A DNA stretch of 27,117 bases, filler included, from an uncultured virus (IMG/VR IMGVR_UViG_2061766007_004269) (taxonomy: Duplodnaviria; Heunggongvirae; Uroviricota; Caudoviricetes). It is 2 parts of one record of this genome, joined end to end, with 100 filler letters (N's around TTAATTAATTAA, not from the genome) between each part and the next. Parts side by side here need not be neighbours in the genome. Positions count along the whole stretch, not along the records: positions 1,407 to 27,117 come from IMGVR_UViG_2061766007_004269; 1 more part is not named here. One strand, given 5' to 3'. Of the stretch, positions 19,318 through 27,117 are shown in pieces; the stretch's first letter is position 1; each line of letters begins with the position of its first letter. The translations under genes were made by a program, and so were the position numbers. A model generated the notes under the pieces. It saw only the letters and a list, made by a program, of their open reading frames with translations. It was not told the origin of the DNA and did no database searches.

Positions 19318-19484
19318 GCCAAAATCATGAGGTGGAACGAGTAGACAACCTTATGTACAAAGGTTGTGAGCCGCATTGGCATTGTGTGCTTTGCGGAGAT
19401 TACTGGCCCTTCCACTGCTACGGAAAAAAAGACCTTGAACAGATGAAATGCCGAGGAAATAAAAGACAGGAGGAGGGAAACACG

Positions 19485-19878
19485 ATGGACATAACCGCTG
19501 ACGTGATTATCAGCATTCACCCGGAACACTGGCGCAAGATTACCGTGGGCCGGAAAAACGTAGAACTGCGTAAAAGCTACCCCACCCGGCTGATTGATGC
19601 TCTGGATGTGAATACGAAGCGCGGATTCACCGCAGCTGTGCATGTGAGCGGCGTGCCGGATATTCTTGGATTCATTCACTTCTATGAGATCACCACCAGC
19701 CGGGGCCGGATGATGGACGGCTGCGGCATCACGCAGGGAGAGTTTGAAGCCTATTCCGGCGGGCTGANNNNNNNNNNNNNNNNNNNNNNNNNNNNAAGCC
19801 ATTCCCATTGAGGAATTCGGAGTCACCAGGCCGCCACAGAGCTGGTGCTATACGCAGGAAAAGAGGAAAGATCAATGA
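19485..19878 (+). CDS. ASCH/PUA-domain protein
   Basis: RBS GGAGGAGGG. 'IISIHPEH..KI..G.K.VELRK..P' and C-terminal 'RPPQSWCY' after a gap. Confidence 0.75.
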
Positions 19879-19892
19879 TGTATGGAGGATGT

Positions 19893-20090
19893 ATGAATAA
19901 ACCATATTTGAAACCTTGTCCCTTCTGCGGTGGCCCCGCCAGCATGTTCACCGTCGAGCAGCCAAATCACCCCATTACCTACGAGGTGGACTGCGAGAAT
20001 AAAGACTGCTCAGTAAGCGCATGCACGATGCTCTATGATACGCCGGAGGAAGCCGCCAGGGTATGGAACAAACGAGCGGGCGAAAAATGA
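19893..20090 (+). CDS. Lar-family restriction alleviation protein (second copy)
   Basis: 'LKPCPFCGG...VDC....C...EEAARVWNKR'. Confidence 0.8.
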   Translation: MNKPYLKPCPFCGGPASMFTVEQPNHPITYEVDCENKDCSVSACTMLYDTPEEAARVWNKRAGEK

Positions 20091-20284
20091 CAAAGCCGTC
20101 CGGATTGCGCTGTCCGTTTTGCGACAGCAAGCAGCATCGTGTGATTGATTCCCGGGCTGTCAAAGCCGGTATCAGAAGGCGCCGTCTTTGCCTTTCATGC
20201 AAGCGCCGGTGGAATACGCTGGAGCTCTGCGAGGAGGACGTAAAGGCAGCGCAGGAAGCTTTACGAAACAGCAATAACACATAA
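20087..20284 (+). CDS. Stand-alone NrdR-like zinc-ribbon protein
   Basis: 'CPFC.....RVIDSR....GIRRRRLCLSCKRRWNTLE'; no ATP-cone. Confidence 0.75.
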   Translation: MTKPSGLRCPFCDSKQHRVIDSRAVKAGIRRRRLCLSCKRRWNTLELCEEDVKAAQEALRNSNNT

Positions 20285-20303
20285 TTGGAAGGGAGAGAAC
20301 ACC

Positions 20304-20585
20304 ATGGGAATGCGTAAGTACGAACGCAGCGTCGCCAAATACCGCCTGGATGAATTGGGCATTGAGAAGTTTGGCTACGGTATGCCCAACAGCCTGAACC
20401 GCATGTTTCACCGGACAACCAAGGGCAAAAAACGCCTGGCTGAATACCGCAAACGGAAAAGGCCCAGTTGGTGGAGCGTTTTGTATGGAGACCTGGCCAA
20501 GGAGTTTAGGAAAGAGATGCGCCGCCGGGAGCGTCTGGCTTTTCAGCAGAAAAATGCCTACAGGCAGAAAGTGAGTGAATCGTAA
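20304..20585 (+). CDS. Basic hypothetical phage protein
   Basis: 93-aa ORF with RBS AAGGGAG. Confidence 0.6.
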   Translation: MGMRKYERSVAKYRLDELGIEKFGYGMPNSLNRMFHRTTKGKKRLAEYRKRKRPSWWSVLYGDLAKEFRKEMRRRERLAFQQKNAYRQKVSES

Positions 20586-20932
20586 TGGCAAAGATCAAGC
20601 CCATCAATTTGGAATCCGATACCTTCGCGGTTATGAAAATGGATATGACCACCTCCTTCAACCGCCTGCTGCGGCATATGCAGAAGTACAACGCCAAAGA
20701 GGCCACCCTCACCGTGAAAGTCAAGGTATCCCTGGAGGATCAGGAATTGGATAACGGCGAACAGGGCCTGGTGCCCTCCTTCGAGCATAAGGTTTCCACG
20801 TCCGTGCAGATCAAGGATGAGAACAGCGGAAAGCTGAGCGGGAACTATGTGCTGGAAGAGGACGGAAAAGGCGGCTATGTGATCCGCCCGATCACCGATC
20901 AGATGGACATGTTTGAAGAGAAGGTTGAATGA
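20585..20932 (+). CDS. Hypothetical phage protein
   Basis: 115-aa ORF, TAATG coupling, C-terminal 'QMDMF'. Confidence 0.65.
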   Translation: MAKIKPINLESDTFAVMKMDMTTSFNRLLRHMQKYNAKEATLTVKVKVSLEDQELDNGEQGLVPSFEHKVSTSVQIKDENSGKLSGNYVLEEDGKGGYVIRPITDQMDMFEEKVE

Positions 20933-20991
20933 TTCTGACGCCCGGCATATAATGGATCTGGATATTTGACAATTGGAAAGGAGGGACGCGG

Positions 20992-21438
20992 GTGACGATA
21001 CAGGAGCTGCAACAGCTATTCTATCTCGGAAAGCTGATCGAGCACGAGCAGGACCGGTTGGAAGCTTTGCGGAGCGCAGTATCCCTTCAGTCACCCGTGC
21101 TCTCCGATATGCCAAAGGCCCCTGGCAGACGGGATAAGCTGGGCGACGTGGTGCCCAGGATCGTGGATCAGGAAGCAGAAATCGCCGAGAGCATCAGAAA
21201 GTACAAGGAAACCCGGGACAGGCTCATGCGGTACATTAACACCGTTCCCAATGCGCGAATCAAAATGATCCTCATTCTTCGCTTCATCGACCAGAAGAGC
21301 TGGGAAGAAGTCGCCGATGTNNNNNNNNNNNNNNNNNNNNNNNNNNNNNNNNNNNNNNNNNNNNNNNNNNNNNNNNNNNNNNNNNNNNNTTTTGTTCGTT
21401 TTGTTCGGTATGTTCGTTCAGCCTGTGATATAGTGTAG
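20992..21438 (+). CDS. Late transcriptional activator (DUF1492/ArpU/RinA-like, sigma region-4-like HTH); true stop may lie in the gap
   Basis: 'SPVLSDMPK....DK......IVD' and 'ILILRFIDQKSWEEVA'. Last gene before the late operon. Confidence 0.8.
   Translation: MTIQELQQLFYLGKLIEHEQDRLEALRSAVSLQSPVLSDMPKAPGRRDKLGDVVPRIVDQEAEIAESIRKYKETRDRLMRYINTVPNARIKMILILRFIDQKSWEEVADXXXXXXXXXXXXXXXXXXXXXXXXFVRFVRYVRSACDIV
21393..21434 (+). promoter_or_regulatory. Putative activator-dependent late promoter
   Basis: TGTTCG repeats at 21393, 21402 and 21411, followed by TG-A-TATAGT (21426-21434). No consensus -35. Confidence 0.6.
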
Positions 21439-21465
21439 GCTGTGAAAGTGATCTTACATCACGCA

Positions 21466-21616
21466 GGGCGGTTCCCGGAGGGGGGCCGCCCATTCTAATG
21501 CCAGAAAGGAGGAAAGCAACCAGGCGCAGCGTTCCGCTCCTTGCGCTGTGCGTTCGTTTGGCATCCGCGCCGCCTGACCCGCCATCAGCAGCGCACAGAA
21601 AAAAGGAGAATGCAAT
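21466..21616 (+). ncRNA. Candidate structured cis-regulatory leader
   Basis: 11-bp hairpin at 21466-21491 plus several alternative stems, including an anti-SD CTCCTT complementary to the downstream RBS AAGGAG. Confidence 0.4.
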
Positions 21617-22593
21617 ATGCTTACGGCAATCAAAGAGAGGTTCAAGGCCAATCCCAAGCTGTACTACGCGCTCAGCATCTGCGCCACCTGGGCCGGCATC
21701 GGCAGCCTGATGAATGGCGTGACCATGACGCAGACCTACGGCGTGATTCCCTCCCTGATCTGGGTGCTGGGGAATGTGCTGGCCTGCATCGTATTTGGTT
21801 ATTGTGCGCTGAAAATCCCGAAAGTCCGTGAAGTCTTCGGATCGAAGATCATGAAATGGATCTGCGGCATCATGTGCGTCTTTCAGGCATGGCTTTCCAT
21901 GAACGGGACGCAGACGGTGTTCGCGGACACGCCGCTTGGCGCGGATTTCGGAATGTATCTCGCCTACATCATGGCCGCGATTTTCCTGTTCATCCTGATG
22001 CGGTACGGCATGATCCGCAACGTGCTGACAGACGGTTTCGGCTGGATCATCGTCTATCTGCTGGCGGTGGGCGTCACCNNNNNNNNNNNNNNNNNNNNNN
22101 NNNNNNNNNNGGGGACAGCATGAAGCAGGGCATCTGGAAAGCGATCCTGCTCCTGCCTGGGCCGTTCACCTACCCGTACTTCTTCGAGATTCTCAATTAC
22201 AACGAGAAGAACGGGGACGGCACGAGCAAGGTGAACGTGAAAGCCGCCTTTACCCTGGGCGGTATTTTCTTCGGCATCTATATGGCCATCATCTTCCTGC
22301 TGGCCTGGACGCAGTTCACGCCTGCGCTGAACATCGTAAAGGCGGTCCTCATTACCATCATCGGTGCGTCCACCCTGTCCTCTTCCATGTACAGCATCTA
22401 CATCGCATTTGGAGAAAAGGTGGGGCTGGGCGTTAACCTGGGCCTGATCGTATTCTGGTCTGTGCTGATCCCCCTGGGTGTCATGGGTATGTGGACGCTG
22501 ATGGCTTCGGTGCGCATCTATTTCGTCTGCGGCGGCATCCTGTTCGCCCTCTGCTGGCACGCTTATGAAAAGCGGAAGGCGGTGAGGGCATGA
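21617..22593 (+). CDS. Polytopic membrane protein, compact sodium:solute symporter (SSF/APC)-like transporter
   Basis: About 10 hydrophobic segments in two frames joined across a gap. 'ALSICATWAG' resembles SSF TM1 and 'GMIRNVLTD' resembles the SSF G...v..TD motif. Confidence 0.65.
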
Positions 22594-22992
22594 AGGTAGT
22601 GCAAAAGAATCTGGCTGATCTGAAGCCGATGGAAAAAAANNNNNNNNNNNNNNNNNATGTGCGCTCCCTGCGCATGTTCGGCCAGGTGAAGCCCCTGGTG
22701 GTGGACGAAAACGGCGTCATCCTGATTGGTAACGGCCTGTATGAAGCGCTGTTGGCCATGGGTGAGGAAAAGGGCGACTGCTATGTGATGTCCGGCCTTT
22801 CCGAAAAGGAAAAGAAAAAGCTGATGCTGGCCGATAACCGGGTCTATGAGCTGGGCATGACGGACACCGACGTGTTCGATGAGATCATCCGCAGCCTGGA
22901 GGGCGATGTGGATGTGCCCGGCTGGGACGCCGATCTGCTGGAAACGCTGAACGCCACCGTCCGTGAAGTGAACGAGATGGTGGATGGGTATG
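22590..22992 (+). CDS. ParB/Sulfiredoxin N-terminal domain protein (3' end in gap)
   Basis: 'RSLRMFGQVKPLVVDENGVILIGNGLYEA...LMLADNR'; ATGA coupling to the transporter. Confidence 0.85.
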
Positions 22993-23519
22993 NNNNNNNN
23001 NNNNNNNNNNNNNNNNNNNNNNNNNNNNNNNNNNNNNNNNNNNNNNNNNNNNNNNNNNNNNNNNNNNNNNNNNNNNNNNNNNNNNNNNNNNNNNNNNNNN
23101 NNNNNNNNNNNNNNNNNNNNNNNNNNNNNNNNNNNNNNNNNNNNNNNNNNNNNNNNNNNNNNNNNNNNNNNNNNNNNNNNNNNNNNNNNNNNNNNNNNNN
23201 NNNNNNNNNNNNNNNNNNNNNNNNNNNNNNNNNNNNNNNNNNNNNNNNNNNNNNNNNNNNNNNNNNNNNNNNNNNNNNNNNNNNNNNNNNNNNNNNNNNN
23301 NNNNNNNNNNNNNNNNNNNNNNNNNNNNNNNNNNNNNNNNNNNNNNNNNNNNNNNNNNNNNNNNNNNNNNNNNNNNNNNNNNNNNNNNNNNNNNNNNNNN
23401 NNNNNNNNNNNNNNNNNNNNNNNNNNNNNNNNNNNNNNNNNNNNNNNNNNNNNNNNNNNNNNNNNNNNNNNNNNNNNNNNNNNNNNNNNNNNNNNNNNNN
23501 NNNNNNNNNNNNNNNNNNN

Positions 23520-24488
23520 CGGGGAGATCAGCGGCGGGCAATTGACGGTCATCTTCATTGACGAGGAAGGGCTGTATCCCTCCATGGTGGAAGCGGCCGA
23601 ACGCTGGAAAGAGAAGTTTGAAAGCGTCGGTGTGCCTTTCCTGTGGTATTGCCTGCCCTTTAAGCAGGTGTGCGTGATCGATCACCTGTCCTCCTCCGAA
23701 AGCTGGATCACCTGGGAACCGGAAGCGAAAGGAAGGTGGATGCGAGATTCGCCGCCCTATGCCATCATGAGCCATCCGGCAATCAAATACCCCGGACAGA
23801 TGAATTACCAGACCTTCTGCGGGAAGGTGTTCAATGACGGCATCAGCATGATCGGCCTGCGGAGCACCGAAAGCCTGACCCGGTATCAGTGCATCGCCCG
23901 CGCCGCTTTCGATAAGCCAACCGGCAAATTCTATCCGATCTACGATTGGACGGACAACGATGTATGGTTATACATCAAAGAACGGGGCCTTGAATTTCCT
24001 GAGATATACATGCACCTGTACGAGGCTGGCGTAAGCAAGCGTCAGCTTCGGCTGTGCGCCTTCTTCGGCGACTGTACCACCCAGGGCCTGCGGTGGGNNN
24101 NNNNNNNNNNNNNNNNNNNNNNATCGAGCGCAGGGAGCCGAATGCCTACCTGGTGCTCCTGTACTGGGACAGCGAAATGTTCCGCCGTTCCACCAGAAAG
24201 CGCCGGGAACTGGAAGAAGAGCAGGAAGCAAAGGATTACCAAGCCCTTTGCAAAGACCTGCTCTTTTTGCATACGGACCGCTACACCATCGCAAAGGACA
24301 CCCTGGCCAGGCTGGGAACCTGGCGCAGCCTGTTCATCAAATCCTACGGTATCGCAACGCAGAAGCATTACAAAACCATGTACGAGGGCATCCTGTACGG
24401 TGACCCCAAAATGCGCGTCCTCCGTATCCTGTGGCAGGAGATCTATCAGGATTACAACGAGGGCATCAAGCGGGGTGACGCGGTATGA
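23520..24488 (+). CDS. PAPS-reductase-family / IbrA (DUF3440)-like PP-loop enzyme (5' end in gap)
   Basis: 'VIFIDEE', 'WYCLP', 'WITWE', 'IGLRSTESLTRY', 'YPIYDWTDNDVW'. The C-terminus is in a second frame after a gap. The PP-loop is not visible. Confidence 0.85.
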
Positions 24489-25009
24489 ACATGGATTTGC
24501 ACGCGCCGCTTGCAACATTGCAATGGGTGGAGCGGGATCGTTTGCACGCGAATGACTATAACCCGAATAAGGTGTCGGAAGACAACCTGAAGCTGCTGAC
24601 GCAGTCCATCCTGACCAACGGATGGACGCTGCCCATCGTGGTGCGTCCGGACTACACCATCATCGACGGCTTTCACCGCTGGACGGTGGCCGGCCGGGAA
24701 CCCCTGCATTCCATGCTTGGCGGGAAAGTGCCCGTCGTGATCGTGGATCACCAGGGAGACGAATCCGCCGACGTGTACGGCACCATCACCCACAACCGCG
24801 CTCGAGGCACGCACCTGCTGGAACCCATGAAAGCCATCGTCAAGAAACTCATGGACGAAGGAAAAACGGTGAAAGAGATCGGAAAGCAGCTGGGCATGAA
24901 ACCAGAGGAAGTGTTCCGGCTGTCCGGATTCACAAGGGCCGAATTCCTGGAGCTGATGACGAAGGACGCCGCCGGCTATTCCAGGGCGGTCATCTATACC
25001 CATGTCTGA
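24485..25009 (+). CDS. IbrB-like ParB-domain protein
   Basis: 'ANDYNPNKV', 'GWTLPIVV', 'IIDGFHR', 'TITHNRARGTH' and a C-terminal HTH; ATGA coupling. Confidence 0.9.
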   Translation: MNMDLHAPLATLQWVERDRLHANDYNPNKVSEDNLKLLTQSILTNGWTLPIVVRPDYTIIDGFHRWTVAGREPLHSMLGGKVPVVIVDHQGDESADVYGTITHNRARGTHLLEPMKAIVKKLMDEGKTVKEIGKQLGMKPEEVFRLSGFTRAEFLELMTKDAAGYSRAVIYTHV

Positions 25010-25147
25010 GAGGGTGATGCGATATGAAGATGATCTGATGAACGAACAAGGCGAGTGCGGCGTGAAGCTGTCATGGACGCACGGGATTTCCCTCCGGCTG
25101 GCGGGGGCCGAAGGACGATTCGATAACAGAGATTGGAGGGATGCGCC

Positions 25148-25648
25148 ATTGCGAACGGCAAGTATCAGGAGTGGCTGNNNNNNNNNNNNNNNNNNNNNNN
25201 NNNNNNNNNNNNNNNNAGGCTGGGCAAGAGAAGGACTGACGGACGCTCAGATCGCCGTCAAAATGGGCATTTCCTCCACCACTTTCTACCGCTGGCAGCA
25301 GGAACACGGGGAGTTTCGGGAGGCCCTTAAAAAAGGCAAAGCCCCCGTTGACACCCAGGTGGAGAANNNNNNNNNNNNNNNNNNNNNNNNNNNNNNNNNN
25401 NNNNNNNNNNNNNNNNNNNNNNNNNNNNNNNNNNNNNNNNNNNNNNNNNNNNNNNNNNNNNNNNNNNNNNNNNNNNNNNNNNNNNNNNNNNNNNNNNNNN
25501 NNNNNNNNNNNNNNNNNNNTTCTGGCTGAAAAACAGGCGGCCTGACCGATGGAGAGAGAAGCGCGAGGAGCAGATTCAGGTCACCAGTGCCGATTACAGC
25601 CTGTTGGATGAAGTGGCCGAGGCGGTGAGACGGAATGGCCAGAACTAA
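25148..25648 (+). CDS. terS: Terminase small subunit (HTH type)
   Basis: 'GKYQEWL...GWAREGLTDAQIA..MGI...TFYRW......F.EALKKGK..VD.QVE...WLKNRRPDRWR'; overlaps the terL start. Confidence 0.8.
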
Positions 25649-26890
25649 GCCTCTCACAACGCAGCAGGAGACGGCCCTTTGGCTGCTCAGGCNNNNNNNN
25701 NNNNNNNNNNNNGCTGGGCTATACCCTGCTGCGTGACGCCCTCCACGGCCCTTGGATGGAAGAAATCATCTGGGGCGTCAATGATATGACGCTGCAATCC
25801 CACCGCGGCTCCTACAAAACCACGTGCCTGGCTGTTTCCATCGTCGATATCATGCTCACCCAGCGTGGCAAGAACATCATTTTCCTTCGGAAAACGGACA
25901 ACGACGTGGCCGAAGTGCTCCAGGCGGTCCGTGCTGCGCTCCTGCATCCGCTGACACAGGCGATGTGTCAGGTGCTCACTGGGAAACCATTGGAACTGTA
26001 CCTGGCCACCAACAAANNNNNNNNNNNNNNNNNNNNNNNNNNNNNNNNNNNNNNNNNGCCTGGGCAGCTCCCTGACAGGCAAACACGCCGATATCATCAT
26101 CACCGACGATATCGTGAACCGGCTGGACCGTCAGAGCAAAGCGGAACGGGAGCGGACAAAGCAGATCTACCAGGAACTCCAAAACCTGCGCAACCCAGGC
26201 GGCCGGATCATCAACACCGGCACCCCATGGCATAAGGAAGACGCCTTCACGCTGATGCCCGCGCCGATGCAGTACGACTGCTACACCACCGGCCTGCTTT
26301 CCAAAGAGCAGATCGAGCAGCTGCGCATGAACATGGCGCCATCGCTGTTCGCGGCCAACTACGAGCTGAAGCACATCGCGTCTGAAGGTGCGCTGTTTAC
26401 CAGCGTCCCGAAGATCCTCAGGGAGACGGACGACCTCGGAAACCACCGGCTGCGGAACGGCATTGCGCACATCGATGCCGCGTATGGCGGCGAAGACGGG
26501 ACTGCTTTCACCCTGGCCAGAAAAGAAGGCGATACGATCTACCTGTACGGAAGGCTGTGGCAGAGCCATGTGGACACCGTACTGCAAACTGCGATCAGGC
26601 TGTCGAAAGAATACCAGTGCGGCCCGATCTACGTGGAACTCAACGCGGACAAAGGCTATCTCAGCCGGGAAATCCGCAATCACAATTATGCCGCTTTCGG
26701 TTATACGGAAGATGAGAATAAGTATATCAAGATCAGCTCGTATCTCCGAAAGTGGTGGAAAAACATCGTCATCATCCAAGGAACCGATCCTGCGTATATT
26801 GACCAGATCCTGGACTACACCGATACGGCGGCGCATGATGACGCCCCGGACAGCGCGGCCAGTGTTTGCAGGATACTGGATAGGAGGTAA
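25635..26890 (+). CDS. terL: Terminase large subunit
   Basis: Walker A-like 'HRGSYKTT', Walker B 'IIITDD', 'GTPWH', nuclease motifs 'HIDAAYGGED' and 'HDDAPDS'. Frames joined across gaps. Confidence 0.92.
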
Positions 26891-26892
26891 TC

Positions 26893-27117
26893 ATGTCCGA
26901 CATCACTTCACTCTATACGCCCGCGGAAGCATGGGACGAGCTGCTGAAAAAGCGCAGATATTACGTGCGGAAAATGCTTGCGCCCTGGAGCGGGGAGCAT
27001 ACGGAGCTCCGCGATACAGCCCGGAACGGTTCCTTCTGGCGGAGAAAAGGGAAAGCGAAAGTACACGTTCCCCTTGCCGCGGATATTGCGTCCGTCTCCG
27101 CCGATATCCTCTTCTGC
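26893..27117 (+). CDS. Probable portal protein (5' partial)
   Basis: RBS AGGAGGT; follows terL; 'KVHVPLAADIASVSADILF' resembles portal N-termini. Confidence 0.7.
   Translation, partial: MSDITSLYTPAEAWDELLKKRRYYVRKMLAPWSGEHTELRDTARNGSFWRRKGKAKVHVPLAADIASVSADILFC

Larger units (their letters stand above)
2548..27117. mobile_element. Temperate tailed-phage prophage (partial): integrase to portal
   Basis: Canonical gene order: integrase, repressor, recombination, replication, accessory genes, late activator, terS, terL, portal. The left boundary is approximate; the element runs off the window. Confidence 0.93.

Noticed and set aside
21498..21710. 70-aa ORF (MPERRKAT...) in the transporter leader
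   Set aside because: No RBS, overlaps the transporter out of frame, and has no recognisable composition. The region is better explained as structured RNA.
23520..24488. Sulfate-assimilation CysH auxiliary metabolic gene
   Set aside because: IbrA-type motifs, coupling to ParB genes and the absence of other cys genes argue against true PAPS reduction.
6884..26890. Apparent frameshifts or pseudogenes in many phage genes
   Set aside because: The frame changes coincide with N gaps of estimated length, so they are not evidence of decay or programmed frameshifting.

Overview
Gappy scaffold (many N runs, a TTAATTAATTAA linker, several misplaced ~50-200 nt fragments), probably from a high-GC Firmicute (Clostridia-like). 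Bases 1-2520 are host-type DNA: an ECF sigma/anti-sigma pair and a secreted FMN-binding/FAD reductase. From ~2550 to the end is the left two-thirds of a temperate tailed prophage. In order it carries a large serine integrase, an immunity region (XRE repressor, back-to-back promoters, three operators), recombination genes (Sak4-type AAA ATPase, nuclease, NinB-like, SSB), replication genes (replisome organizer, DnaB), and an accessory block (ParB, N6-methylase-like, RuvC-like, two Lar, dUTPase, ASCH, NrdR-like zinc ribbon). After these come a late activator, terS, terL and the start of the portal gene. The most unusual element lies between the late promoter and terS. It is a structured leader with alternative Shine-Dalgarno-sequestering pairings, followed by an operon encoding a solute-symporter-like membrane protein, a ParB-domain protein, a PAPS-reductase/IbrA-like enzyme and an IbrB-like ParB protein. 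This is a candidate substrate-importing, RNA-regulated phage DNA-modification system. All calls come from motif recognition by eye; no searches were run.
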